Of a stretch of DNA of 64,000 bases, positions 1 through 12,590 are shown in pieces (the stretch's first letter is position 1; each line of letters opens with the position of its first letter). The stretch is from assembly GCA_037447605.1 (NCBI GenBank), contig CM074805.1, positions 4,621,361 to 4,685,360 of the forward strand, written 5' to 3'. A model generated the notes under the pieces. It saw only the letters and a list, made by a program, of their open reading frames with translations, did no database searches and had not been told where the DNA came from. The translations under genes were made by a program, and so were the position numbers. This stretch comes from Zygnema circumcarinatum SAG 698-1b (lineage: Eukaryota; Plantae; Zygnematophyceae).

Positions 1-197
1 CCCTCATCCCCCCTCNNNNNNNNNNTCCCCCTCCCCCTTCCACCCCCCTCCCTCATCCCCCCTCCCCCTCCGCCTCCCCCTCCCCTCCCCTTATTCCCCC
101 TCCCTCATCCCCACAAGCATCCATAGTGTCCCAATCAAAGCTCTTTCTTTCCCACTCCCACTCCTTCCTCAAGTTCACGCAGGGAAGGGAAGGATCA

Positions 198-2843
198 TTA
201 CCACCACATTCTCATAGGCTTGTCACGGATCCACTTTGTGGCCACCCATTTTTGCCCTCTAACAACGGGGCAGCTCCCGTGCAGTGAGGACTGTCTCCCC
301 ATCCAAAAAGTTAACCAATGACACATTCAGTTTCAGTTCCAGTTTCGGTTCAGTTACCCTTTCAAAATAGTCGAGAGTAAATGAAGCAGTCAAGGAAGGA
401 AATGGGAGGGAGACTGCAGATAAGTGGTCTGTCTGAGACTGGCAAACCCTAAATACCCTATCACACTACATAAAGCATAGTTCAAAATTCCATTACAGAG
501 TGTTGCAATCCTGAGTTCCATGCACTCACTTTGTCGATAGTTCCGTTGGGATACACGGACCAGAATAGTAAGCCATCCCCTTGCCTTGGCTTCACTGTGA
601 GGCCTATGCAACTTTTGTAGTCATAGCCAATGTTCATATTTTTGAATCCCTGGGGGAAGAAAGGGTAAAGGGCATCAAAAGCAGTTAGTTAGGAGAGTTC
701 CACAGGTTGAGTCGCACTCTATCTGACCATAGAACCTTCAAACCCTAACAGAATCTGAACCCAAGAGAGTGTGCTAAGCAGGATATGGCATTCTCGGTTT
801 TCCTTTAAATACTTGAACAGTGGGCCAATACCTCGTAAGGGAACATAGTCTCTCCTCCCTCCTCGACATCTGAAAGGTATAAAAGGAAGGAAGCAATCTG
901 AAACCACTCAGAGTTGCCCCGTGTCAGAAAAAATCAGCAGCAAACATAAATAAAACCTAAGAAGCAAATTCTCTCTCTACAGGGCCTCCATCTCTGTCTC
1001 TAAATTATCCAAAATCTCAAAGACTGTTCAATGGCTGCCGAGTGTTTCAAAAACGTGCCACGTGTCACATACCCGTTGGCTGCTTTGCGGGCCGTACTCC
1101 TCTGGGCTAAATGTGTCGTAATGTGAATCGTATTTTTGACCAATTTCATAACGTAGAACATTGTAGGCCTGAATGAGGTCCCCCCAGATCAACCCATTTA
1201 TCTCAAGCTCTATGGAAAAAAAGCGAGAAAAAAGGGGTCCTGCAGAGGCTCATGCTTTGATTCCGCTTCAGAAAAGAAAGGTTGCTAAACTTCAAGCATG
1301 GTACAAATTTCAAAAAAAAAAACAAGTGAAGTGATTGTTTCAAATGTCACGTTAGTCTCAATCCTAGCCAATCAAGCCAAGGTGTAATAGGTCTAATGAA
1401 CGAGGCAAACCAAAGACCTAAAGGAAAAAAAAAAAAAAAAAACTCAGAACTCAGAAGAATTTCTTTACTCTATTCATAGTCAGGTGCGTAACGGCTGAAA
1501 TTTGCAGCACGTTTTTAACGTTAGCTGACCCTTTAGTTCATAATTTCACATGGCCCTATATGATAAGCACTCCGCACTCCTCTCAGAAAGTCTTTCCTAA
1601 AAATGTGCCAATTCGTGCTCAATCTCTATTGGTCCTCTCCCCCTCCTCTCCCTCTGTCTCACCTCTCCATGCGAGACAGGCACCATTGTGATTTTGGCTA
1701 TCTTTTGTTCGACCCATCCAAGGGCACCATCGGAATCCTCGTAAGAACTCAAGAAGGTGCCTGAGCTGCACACTCCATCCCATGACTGAAAAGTTAGTCA
1801 TCATTCAGACTCCAAAGACCGCCTTCAGGCAAATCAAAGATCTCACATATTGCGTGATGAATAGTAAGTAGCACAATCTCCTAGACAGCTTTCAACCTCA
1901 GAGGTTCAGCATACTCATTCAGAGTTTAGATTCCTTCAAGACTTCCCCCCCACCCCTCCCTCCCTTCTTCTCTCCCTCCCTCCCTCCCTCCCTCCTGTCC
2001 ACATGAATACATGGATCTGGCTACTGTTGAAGCAATGTTCTGCAGCTATCCATGCCCTAAAGTAGCAATCTTAGAAATCATAAAAGTGAGTGTCTTAATC
2101 GTAAACGACCATACACACCTTGTTCGAACATCTTTAACAGCATCTTCCGACTCGCCTTGCCGCAGCGCCAAGCCCGACGGAGAGAGGGACTTCTTCGCAA
2201 GCGCAATGATCTCTTCACACTTTTCTTTGGGTGCAAAGTTGGGAAACCAATAGGCTCGCGGAGCCCAGCTGAGCATCTGCAATTCATTAATAAATCATAT
2301 CACAAAGCTGCCCTCGGAGTCATCTTTAATGACCATCCACAGAAAATCACGGTCCCTGAGTCGATCGATCAAACTACAGAGGTAATTGTCTTGATTAAGA
2401 TATTGCGGACCCAAATGCAGAAAAAGTCAGAAGCTCACCTGGAATGGAATTTCAGAGATAAACCCTTCTCCAGACTCTCCGTGTGGTCCTACAACAGCCG
2501 GAGGCTTCACCTCTTTTACAAAACGCCGTTGACTCGCCCCTTCTTCTTCCTTGGATTCTCCAACATTTTCCAGCTCCGCTTTTTGCACAATAACTTGAGA
2601 ATCAACAGCGTCCTTGGGAACCCTAATATCAGGCATTTTCTGTAACAAGAAGAGCCAGGGGATATGAGCAGCAGCACGTAACTGAGCTGCTGTTGAAAGG
2701 AAAGCCAGGCTACAAAGAAGTGCTATAGACATCATCATCATTTTAAACCTTCAGGTGGGCATCATTGTTTTTTTTTTTTTTTTTTTTGTGCTTCGATTAA
2801 TGAAAGAAGCAGCTTACACCCACCTCCAATTGGTTGCCTCCAT
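198..2843 (-). CDS. P4H: Prolyl 4-hydroxylase (plant P4H9/P4H13-like), 8 exons
   Basis: Exons 2843-2824, 2748-2439, 2276-2119, 1765-1663, 1168-1073, 897-832, 649-530, 290-198 splice in frame with GT-AG ends. Motifs: [74 protein letters not shown]; N-terminal hydrophobic anchor. The 20-nt first exon (MEATNWR) is inferred; the alternative start is ATG 2741. Confidence 0.93.
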
Positions 2844-2849
2844 AGAGGT

Positions 2850-3700
2850 ATCCTGCATAGAAGGAGAGCACCCACAGCCCGAGCGCTGCAGAGAGAGAGA
2901 GCTTCTCCGCGAATATGGTCTTTTTTTGCTTAATCGACGAAGTCCCCATCTCGCCAAACACGCCTCAAATGAACGTGGATATTTTTCCAGAATTTTTTTC
3001 TATTTATTTAAGAAAAACAAAAATTATAAGCTCAAATTAGGGTTAGAGAAGAAGAAGTCTGGACTTCCAAGGTTTGGACTTGTGCAAAAAATAGGGCCAG
3101 CCCAGACTTCCAACCCCCCAATGGCTACACGCCATGTGTACAAATTTGTACACGTGGCAGATCGCTATTGGTGAGGCGTTAGTCTAGTTGGCAAGAAAAA
3201 TGCCACGCTGGAGAGTCCACATGTTGGAGTAGTCCTGTTTCCAGTTCTACCAAATTTTTTAAAACTGTTTGACATTTTTCGTACATGTATGGGCAAATGC
3301 ACTTTTTTTGCGTGCAGAAATTTGGCTACAAGGTGTATTTTCAGGGCAGGTGAAAATCCTATGATTAGTGGAGGCGTAAAATTTTGGGCTAGGGCAGGCG
3401 GAAATTCTTTCTTTATTTTGAGTGGCAGGTCCCTGTTAATATTTCAAATCTGGTCCACCAAAGCCTGCCCGTTTAAAAATAAGCTTCTGTAGGCGCCACG
3501 TAGGACATGACGTGGCAGTTCCAGTTTAGTCCAGCCAATCAGAGGCCTCCACGTGACGAACTGAACAGAACAGACCTGGAACCTCCATAGAACGGCTTGT
3601 GAGGGTCGTAGGGTTTTGGAGGCGCAGAGTGCCGCCATCTCCTCTCTGCCTTCTGCTTTATCAAAAGCAGCGGAGAAACAAGCACGATTCAGGTCGCTTT
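2850..3700. promoter_or_regulatory. Bidirectional promoter, P4H (-) / ABCE1 (+)
   Basis: Divergent starts at 2843 and 4063. G-box/ACGT cores near 3151, 3498, 3511 and 3550; CCAATCAG at 3535-3542; 18-bp palindrome at 3136-3153. Confidence 0.6.
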
Positions 3701-3705
3701 TCAGA

Positions 3706-3922
3706 TATTTGAATAAGTATTTGAAGGAAGTAGCTGAAGGAAGTACTTGAAGGAAGTATTTGAAGGACGTATTTGAAGGAAGTAATTGAAGGAAGTATTT
3801 GAAGGAAGTAATTGAAGGAAGTATTTGAAGGAAGCATTTGAAGGAAGTATTTGAAGGAAGTATTTGAAGGAAGTATTTGAAGGAAGTATTTGAAGAAGTG
3901 TGTGAAGGAGTATTTGAAGGAG
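3706..3922 (+). repeat. 13-bp minisatellite (TATTTGAAGGAAG), ~16-17 units, in a probable ABCE1 5'UTR intron
   Basis: Units read directly at 13-bp period from 3718, degenerate at both ends. Candidate donor CAG|GTCGCT near 3693 and acceptor ACCAG near 3964. Confidence 0.9.
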
Positions 3923-4062
3923 GGACGCATATTGAAGTGGGAGACTGTACCTGCTTACAACCAGGGCTTCAGAAGGCCTAAGTAGGGAGAGAGAGAGAGA
4001 GAGGAGAGGGAGAGGGAGAGGAAGAGAGGGGGGGAGCGGGTTGGAGGGGGGGAGGGTGAGCC

Positions 4063-7000
4063 ATGGCGGACCGCCTGACGCGTATTGCCATAGTGAACGC
4101 GGATCGATGCAAGCCGAAAAAGTGTCGGCAGGAGTGCAAGAAGAGCTGCCCCGTCGTGAAGACAGGTAGGGGGAGGAGGAGGGAGCACCGCCGGTCAGTT
4201 TCTAGGGTTTCCAAGCACTGAACGTCAAAGTTTAAACTTGCATTCATGTATGAATGTGTGTGTGTATATACTTGGGCATTTGAGTGATGACACAACATAT
4301 GGTTACAGGCGGAACATGAACAGTTCATCATGCCTGCTCAGCCTTTCCACACAAACTATCTTGTAAAAGCCATTTGTCATGCAATTGGAATGTCCGAGGC
4401 ATGACATCCTGTCATTCACATGGTACGGCTCTCCTTTCTTTCAAAGGATTGAAATTTGAATGTTGGCCGCAGCGTACCATCAGCACAGATTATTAGACTA
4501 CAAACATGTAGCAAACCTTTCCTTTCTCTCCCTTTCTCTCGCAAGCGCGCGCTCTCTCTCTTCCCCTCTCGCTTTTTTTCCGCTTGTTCTCTCCTCTTCC
4601 TCTCTTTCTTTCGTCTCACTATTCTGTCAGTTTCTGTGATGTATTGTGACTGTTCTGTACGTATTGGCTCCTTTCTGCAGGGAAGCTGTGCATTGAAGTT
4701 TCATCTACTTCAAAGATTGCTTTCATTTCTGAAGAGCTTTGCATCGGCTGCGGTATCTGCGTTAAGGTGTGACGGCCTCTCCCTCACCCCCCTTCCCCCC
4801 CAATCCCACTCCCTCCCACTCACTCACTGCCTCTCTCCCTCTCCCCGATTCTTCTCTTGTCCCCCTCTCCCACTCTCCCTTTCCCTCTCGCTCTCAACGT
4901 TGAGAGTATTAGATAGTGACGTTTACGTTGCATAACCTTCACATCAGAGAAAGAGCTTCGGTTCTTCCCCTTCTGAAAAAGGAAGGATTGGTCGTTTCTT
5001 TTATAAATTCTGAGACCTGGAAATGATTTGTGGGATCAGAAATGCCCGTTTGATGCAATCGAAATCATTAATCTTCCAAAAGATTTGGACAAGGACACAA
5101 CACATCGATATGGTCCCAATACATTCAAGCTCCACAGGTACTTTGTGTGTTGAGATTCGGTATCTCTTGAAAAGGTTATCTATAAAGGTTATAAAAGGTT
5201 TCTTTCCGCAGCAGCTATTGCAGGTTGGTGTTCTGTTCAAGCATCCAATAGTTTGATGATATCTACTTAATCCTTTAGTTTATACGAAGAAGTGGAATAG
5301 AATGGCTACAGTTATCACGTCTTCAAATAGAGATGCCGGTCAGGATGTTAGTGCTCTAAGGGAGGTGGAGTTATAATGGATTTTGTTTGTTGTTGTTGAA
5401 TATGCAACATAGTGTGGGAGAATGTGGTATCGATCACTTTATTGAGGGGCGGAGGGGGGGCGTGTGGTGCAGATTGCCGGTTCCGAGGCCGGGACAGGTG
5501 TTGGGTTTGGTGGGGACGAACGGTATTGGGAAATCAACCGCTTTAAAGGTCTTAGCAGGCAAATTAAAGCCAAATTTAGGTCGCTTCCAAGTGAGACTAC
5601 TTCCACATGCTTGTACTTTATTCTCTTAGCTCATTTTCCTTCTATCTCTCTCTCTCGCTTATCCCATCTTGCTCTCCTTGCTTTTATCGTAGCTCCAATG
5701 ACTAAGCTTAAGCTTAATGCTTAATGCTTAATGCTTAAGCTAGATGTACGTTTAACGATGTCAATTGCTACAAGCATAGCGGACAGGCTGAATGTCTTTT
5801 GTGAGTCTATTGATGTTCTTTCCTTTCCTTTTCCAACAGAATCCCCCAGACTGGCAAGAAATCCTGACCTATTTCCGAGGCTCAGAGCTTCAGAACTACT
5901 TCACACGCATTTTGGAGGATAATCTGAAGGTGTGCTTCTTTAGTCCATATATTGCTTTCATCCATTCAGCCACCTATTCATTGACCCAAGACCACGTGGC
6001 ATCAGATTGTATGTTGTTGTTGTTTTTTAGGAAGGTTTTCATGACACGGCAAAGAGGGTGGGGGGGTTCAAAAAAGCAATGGTCAAGAGAAGATCGAAGG
6101 GGCAAGGAGTTATTTTTTGAGATTGGGAAGGGCGGGCGGGGGAGGTGGGAGAGAGGAGGGGAAGGAGGAAATACCAAGCTGGATTAAGAATTCTAGAGAC
6201 ATATTCAGATTGTGGAGAGACATACATTGTGCGGTTTTGGTTCAGTCATGGAGATATCGCTCCCTCATTATCCCTAGCCATTATCCCTCGTTCTCCAAGA
6301 AGCAGAAAGAGAAGCTGAAGAAGTAGCAGGAGAACTTCATAAATTAATCTCCAAGTGCGAACTAGAGGAAGCTGAATGTGTTTGTTATCAACTTCTTTCC
6401 TCCTTTTGGACCACTGCAGGCCATCATCAAGCCTCAGTATGTGGATCACATTCCGAAAGCTGTAAAGGGAAACGTCGGAGAAGTTTTGTCTCAGAAGGAT
6501 GAGAGAGACGTGAAGGCGGAGCTCTGCAGGGACCTGGAGCTGGACAGAGTAAGCAATTTCAAAACCCTTCGACAACTAAAATCTAAAACCAAGCTCATGC
6601 CTTTACAATAGTTATGTACGAATAAAAATGGAAGTCAGTACATACAGATAAGGTTTATTTGAAGGGATTTTAGATTAAAGCTATTGATGGTTTGCAGGAT
6701 GTACTCGTCGATTTAGCCTAGTGCCTTTCTCTGCTTGTGTCTCGCTTTGGGATTTTTCTTTCGGCCCTCTTACAGTCCCTCAGTTATTTCCAACTATACT
6801 TGAAAGTTAATAAAAACAACTTTTTCTGATCTTGGCCTTCTAGTTCGACGTTCTGGATTTCATTCCCCTTGACGTTGGAAAAGCATCACCACCCCTCTCG
6901 TTTCCTCTCCTTATGCTTATTCTATGTTCGCCACGTTCTCTCCTTTCTTGTTCACTGTGCGATTACTCTCCGCACTTCTATCTCTCATTCTCCCCCCTTC

Positions 7001-8736
7001 ACCGTCCTGTGTATATGAACTCCATCCATCCCCGTTCACACATGAAACTATCAAACAGCTCCAGAATTTGTTATTTCCTCGCTGTTTTAATCCCTATCAT
7101 ATGTTTCCTAATACTTGTACCCTGTCATTTTTTCATCTGTATCTCTGTGTTTTACAGGTGATTGACCGTGATGTGGAGCATCTATCGGGAGGGGAGCTCC
7201 AAAGGTTTGCTATCGCTGTGGTAGCAGTGCAGCATGCGGAGATTTATATGTTCGATGAGCCCAGCAGTTATCTGGATGTGAAGCAGCGCCTCAAAGCAGC
7301 TCAAGTCATTCGGTCCCTGCTAAGGCCCAATAGGTATGTTGGGATCAGGGGGAGGTCACGATTCTCTCTTCTCTCTTCGCACCTCTCACTTCAACTCATT
7401 GAAGTTTTTTGCAGACGGAAGTCGAATTGTATAAATGAGGATGCAGCGAAATTGGTTTTTGGGTATTGGTGTTCGCGATGTGATTGCATGTCGAGCTCAT
7501 TTTTTTGATAGACAGTTTGAGAGGAGGCTACTGTCAGCAAGATTCTTTGACTCTAATGGAGAAAAAGTGTTGGGGTGGGAATGTGGTTGTTTTGAATTTG
7601 CAGCTATGTCATTGTCGTGGAGCATGACTTGAGTGTGTTGGACTATCTCTCAGACTTCATCTGCTGCCTTTATGGCAAACCTGGGGCCTATGGAGTGGTC
7701 ACATTGCCCTTCTCTGTTCGTGAAGGAATCAATATTTTCCTCGCAGGGTTTGTGCCTACAGAAAATCTCCGTTTTCGAGACGAATCTCTTACTTTCAAGG
7801 TACTTTGTTGCTCTCAAGGTTAGCTCGTTGATTCAAGCATGTTAGCATGTTTTGTATGAGAAGGATGTACAGTAGTGAATACTTGAGCGCTATCTTCTTT
7901 TCTGAGTTCTTCCTTGAAACCAAAGAATACTGGTTAGTTAATCGGTTCTGGGTTTGGAATACAGGTAGCAGAGACAGCGGAAAATGTGGAAGAGACTGAA
8001 ACGTATACAAGATACAAATATCCGTCAATGACAAAGACACAAGGGGACTTCAAGCTACACGTGTCAGAGGGCGATTTTACGGATTCGCAAATTGTTGTGA
8101 TGTTGGGAGAGAATGGAACAGGAAAGACAACGTTCATCAGAATGCTGGTGAGTAGAAATCCGCTCCCTCGTGTAGGTTAAGTGAAGGGAAAACAGCAAGA
8201 GGTTAATGTATCAGTGCCAAGATGGTGGTGCGGGAGAGGGGTGAGACGAGAAGATAGAGAGGGAAAGTAGAGGTGAGAGGAGAGGGAGGGAGGGAGGAGT
8301 GACGATCTCTGACTCCATAGTGGGATGGTGAGAGGGCTCAGGCTGGCCTCTTGAAGCCAGACGAGGAGGATATCGATCTCCCCGAGTTCAATGTCTCCTA
8401 CAAACCCCAAAAAATTAGCCCTAAATTTCAGTACAGTGTACGGAACCTCCTTCATTCGAAGATCCGCGACTCGTACATGCATCCCCAGTTCAACACCGAC
8501 GTGCTCAAACCGCTCCAAATTGAACAGCTCATGGACCAGGAAGTGGTGAATCTCTCGGGAGGAGAGCTCCAGCGTGTGGCAATCACACTGTGTCTGGGGA
8601 AGGTACGGGACTCTGAAATGGAGAAAAGGCTGCTTCTTTGTCAGAGCAAAGGAAATGGGATGCAAGCTTTATAGAGGGGAAGTGGTTAGAATTGATGAAG
8701 TTGTCCCCTTTTCTCCCTCCCTCTCTCTCTTTCCTA

Positions 8737-8767
<31 letters not shown>

Positions 8768-10001
8768 GTCTCTCTCTCTCACACTCGCTCTCTCTCCCTC
8801 TCTCTCTCGCACTCTCTCCTCCCCATTTTGCTGTCCTTTCCACTCTTTCGAACATTTCTCCATTTGATCTGACCCCTCCCCCTTCCATTCTACTCCTTCT
8901 CTTTCCAGGTCACTCTTTCCCCCTTCTGCTTTTGCCGTTTCCCCCTCTCACGCTTTTTTCACACCTCTCTCTCTTCTTATAATACCCTTCCCGTCCACCC
9001 TCCCTTCCCCCCCATCAATTCCCTTTTTTCTGTCTATTCTTTCCTCCCCTCTCCCCCTCACGTCCACCCCACTTCCCTGTTCCTCCCTGCTTTTTCCCAA
9101 CTTTCTCCCAATTTTCTTCAATTTTCTCATGTTGGGGTTCTATTGAATTTCTGGTTTCTTATTGCAGCCGGCAGACATTTACCTCATAGATGAGCCGAGC
9201 GCATATTTGGACTCAGAGCAGCGAATTGTTGCTGCCAAAGTGATAAAGCGATTTATTTTGCATGCGAAGAAGACGGCGTTTGTGGTGGAGCATGACTTCA
9301 TTATGGCCACATACTTAGCCGACCGAGTGATCGTGTATGAAGGCCTTCCTTCTGTGGAATGTACGGCAAACACTCCGCAGAGCTTGCTGACGGGAATGAA
9401 CTTGTTCCTCTCTGTACGTTTTCTAACCTTCAAAAGAGAGAGAGGAGGAAGATAGAGAGAAAGAGGGAGGAGGGGGGGTTGGGTTCCCTTTAATCGAACA
9501 GGTTACCTTTCGTACCCGGCGGTGAAAAGTCAGTGGATGCTAAACCAGCGTTCCTTCTTGCTTCTGAAATTCGAGCTTTGGACACAGCTCAGTCGCTAAA
9601 GAATGAAGTAGCCTTCTAGGAACCCTAAACGCTTTAATGGATTTGGGTGAAAGTGAGTGTGGGAGTGTGAGCGAGAGAAAACGAGCAAGAGACTGATTGA
9701 TGCAGTTATCGATATGAGCGGAGGACTGCGACGTTTGAGAAAGATGAACCTGTTTGTTGGGTGCACATTTTCCAGCAGTATTCTGTGAATCAAAAATTTC
9801 GTACTCGCAGCACCTCCAACAAGCCCTATAATCCGAACCAGTCTGATTGATCCTTCTGTTTTATGTTTGTTTCCGGTGCAGCATCTGGACATCACCTTCA
9901 GAAGAGACCCCACCAACTTCCGACCGCGCATTAACAAAGCGGAGTCGGTGAAAGATCGAGAACAAAAGCATTCTGGAAATTACTACTACCTCGATGATTA
10001 G
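4063..10001 (+). CDS. ABCE1: ABCE1 / RNase L inhibitor (ribosome recycling Fe-S ABC ATPase), 12 exons
   Basis: [30 protein letters not shown] and [13 protein letters not shown] Fe-S motifs; GTNGIGKST and GENGTGKTT Walker A; LSGGELQR twice; ends [11 protein letters not shown] with TAG at 9999-10001. All introns GT-AG. Confidence 0.98.
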
Positions 10002-10599
10002 GGCGCTCTCTCCCTCTACTCTCATTTCCTGTGCTTTCCCAATATCCCACTCTCCCTCTCTCCCACTCTCTTATTAAGTCACTCTCATCTCTGTCGTAGT
10101 CAAGCCCAGCTTGCCGGATATTTTCCATTAGCGTCGCACAGAATATGAGGCTTCAAATGCCCGCGTTGAGCTCAAAGAAGCGAGAGCAGGTGGAGCTGAG
10201 CTTCTAGAATGTTACTGTCACGTCATGTTCACGGGCCGGATGACAGGTGGCTGTTTCTGACTCGGTGGCTGAAAGCAAAGCAGAGAGTCCTGCGCATATA
10301 GTCAGTGCATTCGAGTCCGTGAGAAATTCGGGCATGTCGCCCCACTTTTTTTTGCCCCCTTCTGTGTTTGTCGTAAAGAAATAAAGAAACACGAATCAAG
10401 GAGAGAATTGTCATCGGATGTGACATTTTGTTATAACGACTAATGTTGTGTCGGCACTTTATTTGATGTGAGATTGTGTCAAGCGACTTTACGGTCGTCA
10501 GTTTTCTTAACAATCACAGAGCATCAGTTGGCAGCACATTCTGCTTGAGTGGTTCTGTAATGAACGGTGAAGAAAAAGCAGCTTAGCCTTAGATCCCTA

Positions 10600-10800
10600 C
10601 TGAGCGGGAGAGGGAGAGGGAGAGGGAGAAAGCGGGGAAGGGGGCAAGGGGGAGAGGAAAGGGAGAAAGGGGGAAAGGGGGAAAGGGGGAAAGGGGGAAA
10701 GGGGGAGGAAAGGGGGGAAAGGAAGGGGAGAAAAGGGTAAACGAAGAAGGGGAGGAGTGGGTGAAAGGGAAGGGAAGGGAAGGGGACCTGGGGAAAGGGG
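10600..10800 (+). repeat. Polypurine low-complexity tract (GGGGGAAA-like units)
   Basis: Almost pure G/A sequence with repeated ggggaaa units. Confidence 0.8.
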
Positions 10801-11030
10801 GCGAAGAACAAGTTCTGTTTCTTTCTTTCTGAGGTGCCGACACCATTGATCAACAACAACATGGTGTTCGTTTGTGGCGGTTTCGACAAAGCGATGGGAC
10901 CACATCGCAGGCATTCAACAGAAGGACATGTGCGAGTGAGGTAAAGAAATGTCGCGCCGGAAATGAATTACACAAGCGAACCGGCTGACAGCTCGACAGG
11001 CAGAAATTGCTCCCTGCCAGCTCTCCGGCC

Positions 11031-11034
<4 letters not shown>

Positions 11035-11104
<70 letters not shown>
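11035..11104 (+). repeat. (CT)n microsatellite
   Basis: About 35 uninterrupted CT units. Confidence 0.95.
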
Positions 11105-11109
<5 letters not shown>

Positions 11110-11580
11110 TTTATTCAATCCTTCAATTAAGCTAAGCTAAGAACATTAGCCATTCTCTCTCCCTCCCTTACTATCTAAGCACAAGCGGAGCCTGATCGTT
11201 CTCTAATCCAAAAAGCAAAGTGTCTTATTCACAAGAATTTCCTATGCAATCGATCAAGCGGTGGGGTCACCGGAGGATGGGAAAAAAGAAAAATCATCTT
11301 CTAAGCAGACGGGTTGTCTGCTAGCTCCATGCGCCTCCAGTTCGCCGTTTCGTCGCCTTCACATGGTTACAGATTCCGTTCACATGGAACGTGCCCCAAA
11401 GGCTCCTCCTTTCAGGGTTGAAGAGGCCCCTACGATCCTACTCGAGGGTTTTAGGCCTCAGCAAAACCCATCATCTGGGGTCCAGCGAACACCCCATCCC
11501 CCTTATATCCCTTCTTATTCTAAACCCACCTTAACCAGTTTAGAAATTCCCCCAAACTTTTAATTTAAATCCTTTTAATT

Positions 11581-12057
11581 TTAACTTTTATAATTTAAAC
11601 TTTGCTGACATTGCGGCGGTTCGAACCCGCACCCTCCTCGGCCTTCCTCTCTCCAGCGCGCGGCGGCGGAGGAGAAGGGCGAGGGGAGGGGCGAGTCCGA
11701 CTGGTAGCCGTCGCGTTCCATGTCTTCAGTTTCGGAAAATTCGAAATCAAACAAATCAAGGGATTCCATGTCGTCCTCCCACTCAGTCGGCTCACAGAGC
11801 CACTCCTCCCGTCCGTACACGTGTTCGTACGCCTGTACGGACTGTCCGGGGGGGGCCCACGGCCCGATGCGGACCTCCCCGGAGAGCCTCCGCGGCGCCA
11901 CATGTGCCACGTGGCAGCTGCTGACGGCCATGACGGCCACGCGCTGGCCGGCGACGGTCACCGCTTCGGCCTCGCCGGCCGGCAGCTCCTCCGCCTCACC
12001 GGCCGGCAACTTCTTCGCGGCCGGCCAAAACCAGGCGCTCTCGCAGCCGAAGGCCAT
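11581..12057 (-). CDS. Hypothetical 158-aa orphan protein (intronless ORF)
   Basis: GC-rich ORF in good ATG context (gaggATGG), preceded by a GA-rich leader like other 5'UTRs here, a TATAAG at 12320-12315 and an ACGT-element cluster. No family recognised. Confidence 0.45.
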   Translation of the reverse strand: MAFGCESAWFWPAAKKLPAGEAEELPAGEAEAVTVAGQRVAVMAVSSCHVAHVAPRRLSGEVRIGPWAPPGQSVQAYEHVYGREEWLCEPTEWEDDMESLDLFDFEFSETEDMERDGYQSDSPLPSPFSSAAARWREEGRGGCGFEPPQCQQSLNYKS

Positions 12058-12314
12058 CCTCGATTGGCTGCGAAAGCCTCCTGCCTCCCGCTATCCCTCT
12101 CCCACCCACTCTCTGTCCCTCTCTCTCTCTCCCTCTCTGTGTCGGCCTCTTCCTCCCACTCAGTCACCCTCTCTACTCCCTCTCTCTCTCTCTCTCTCAC
12201 TCCCGCTCTCTCGCTCTCTCACTCTCGCGTTCTTTCGCGCTCTCCCTCTCTCTTTCTCTCTCTCTAACTTTTCTTTTCTGTGTCGCCCTCCCTCCCTCCG
12301 AGCGCAGTCGCGCC

Positions 12315-12590
12315 CTTATAGGCCGCCCCGCCCGGTCGTGCGCGCGCGCCGCCGGCCGGCCAAGATACGACAAACGTGCGCCGCCGCCGAATCGGGGACG
12401 CGTGTACGGTCGGCCGCGCGGACGTTCCGCGCCACGCGACAAACCACACCGACCAACGGGCCTGGCTGCAGGCTCGCCACGTAGGCCCTGCACGCGTGGA
12501 CGTGACAAGATAATGACGTCACGAGTCGTAGTAATGCTCGCAGGAAACTGTGCCAACGAGGCTCATGACGTTATCATATGACGTGACCGC
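12315..12590 (-). promoter_or_regulatory. TATA box plus dense ACGT (ABRE/G-box/as-1-like) and ACGCGT (CE3-like) cluster
   Basis: TATAAG on the minus strand at 12320-12315; at least six ACGT cores (e.g. GCCACGTAGG, TGACGTCACG, TGACGTGACC) and two ACGCGT motifs within ~270 bp. Confidence 0.55.

Noticed and set aside
2751-2765. MMPT* uORF upstream of P4H
   Set aside because: It falls inside the inferred 75-nt first intron (2749-2823) if the in-frame MEATNWR exon is used.
3661-3930. 89-aa ORF (FKYFLQILPS repeats), or a CRISPR reading of the 13-bp array
   Set aside because: The ORF is the translation of the minisatellite, and there are no spacers.
8574-9130. Numerous Glu/Arg- or Ser/Leu-rich ORFs in introns (also at 4416, 10524-11118, 15388-15715, 63106-63736)
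   Set aside because: Translations of CT/GA microsatellite-rich intron or intergenic DNA.
11612-11630. GGTTCGAACCC B-box/T-arm as a tRNA
   Set aside because: No acceptor stem, D arm or A box in the flanks.
11720-12484. 254-aa plus-strand ORF (and the 221-aa ORF 11602-12267)
   Set aside because: They run through CT microsatellite and are antisense to the ORF that has TATA, leader and Kozak support; GC-rich DNA readily gives long shadow ORFs.
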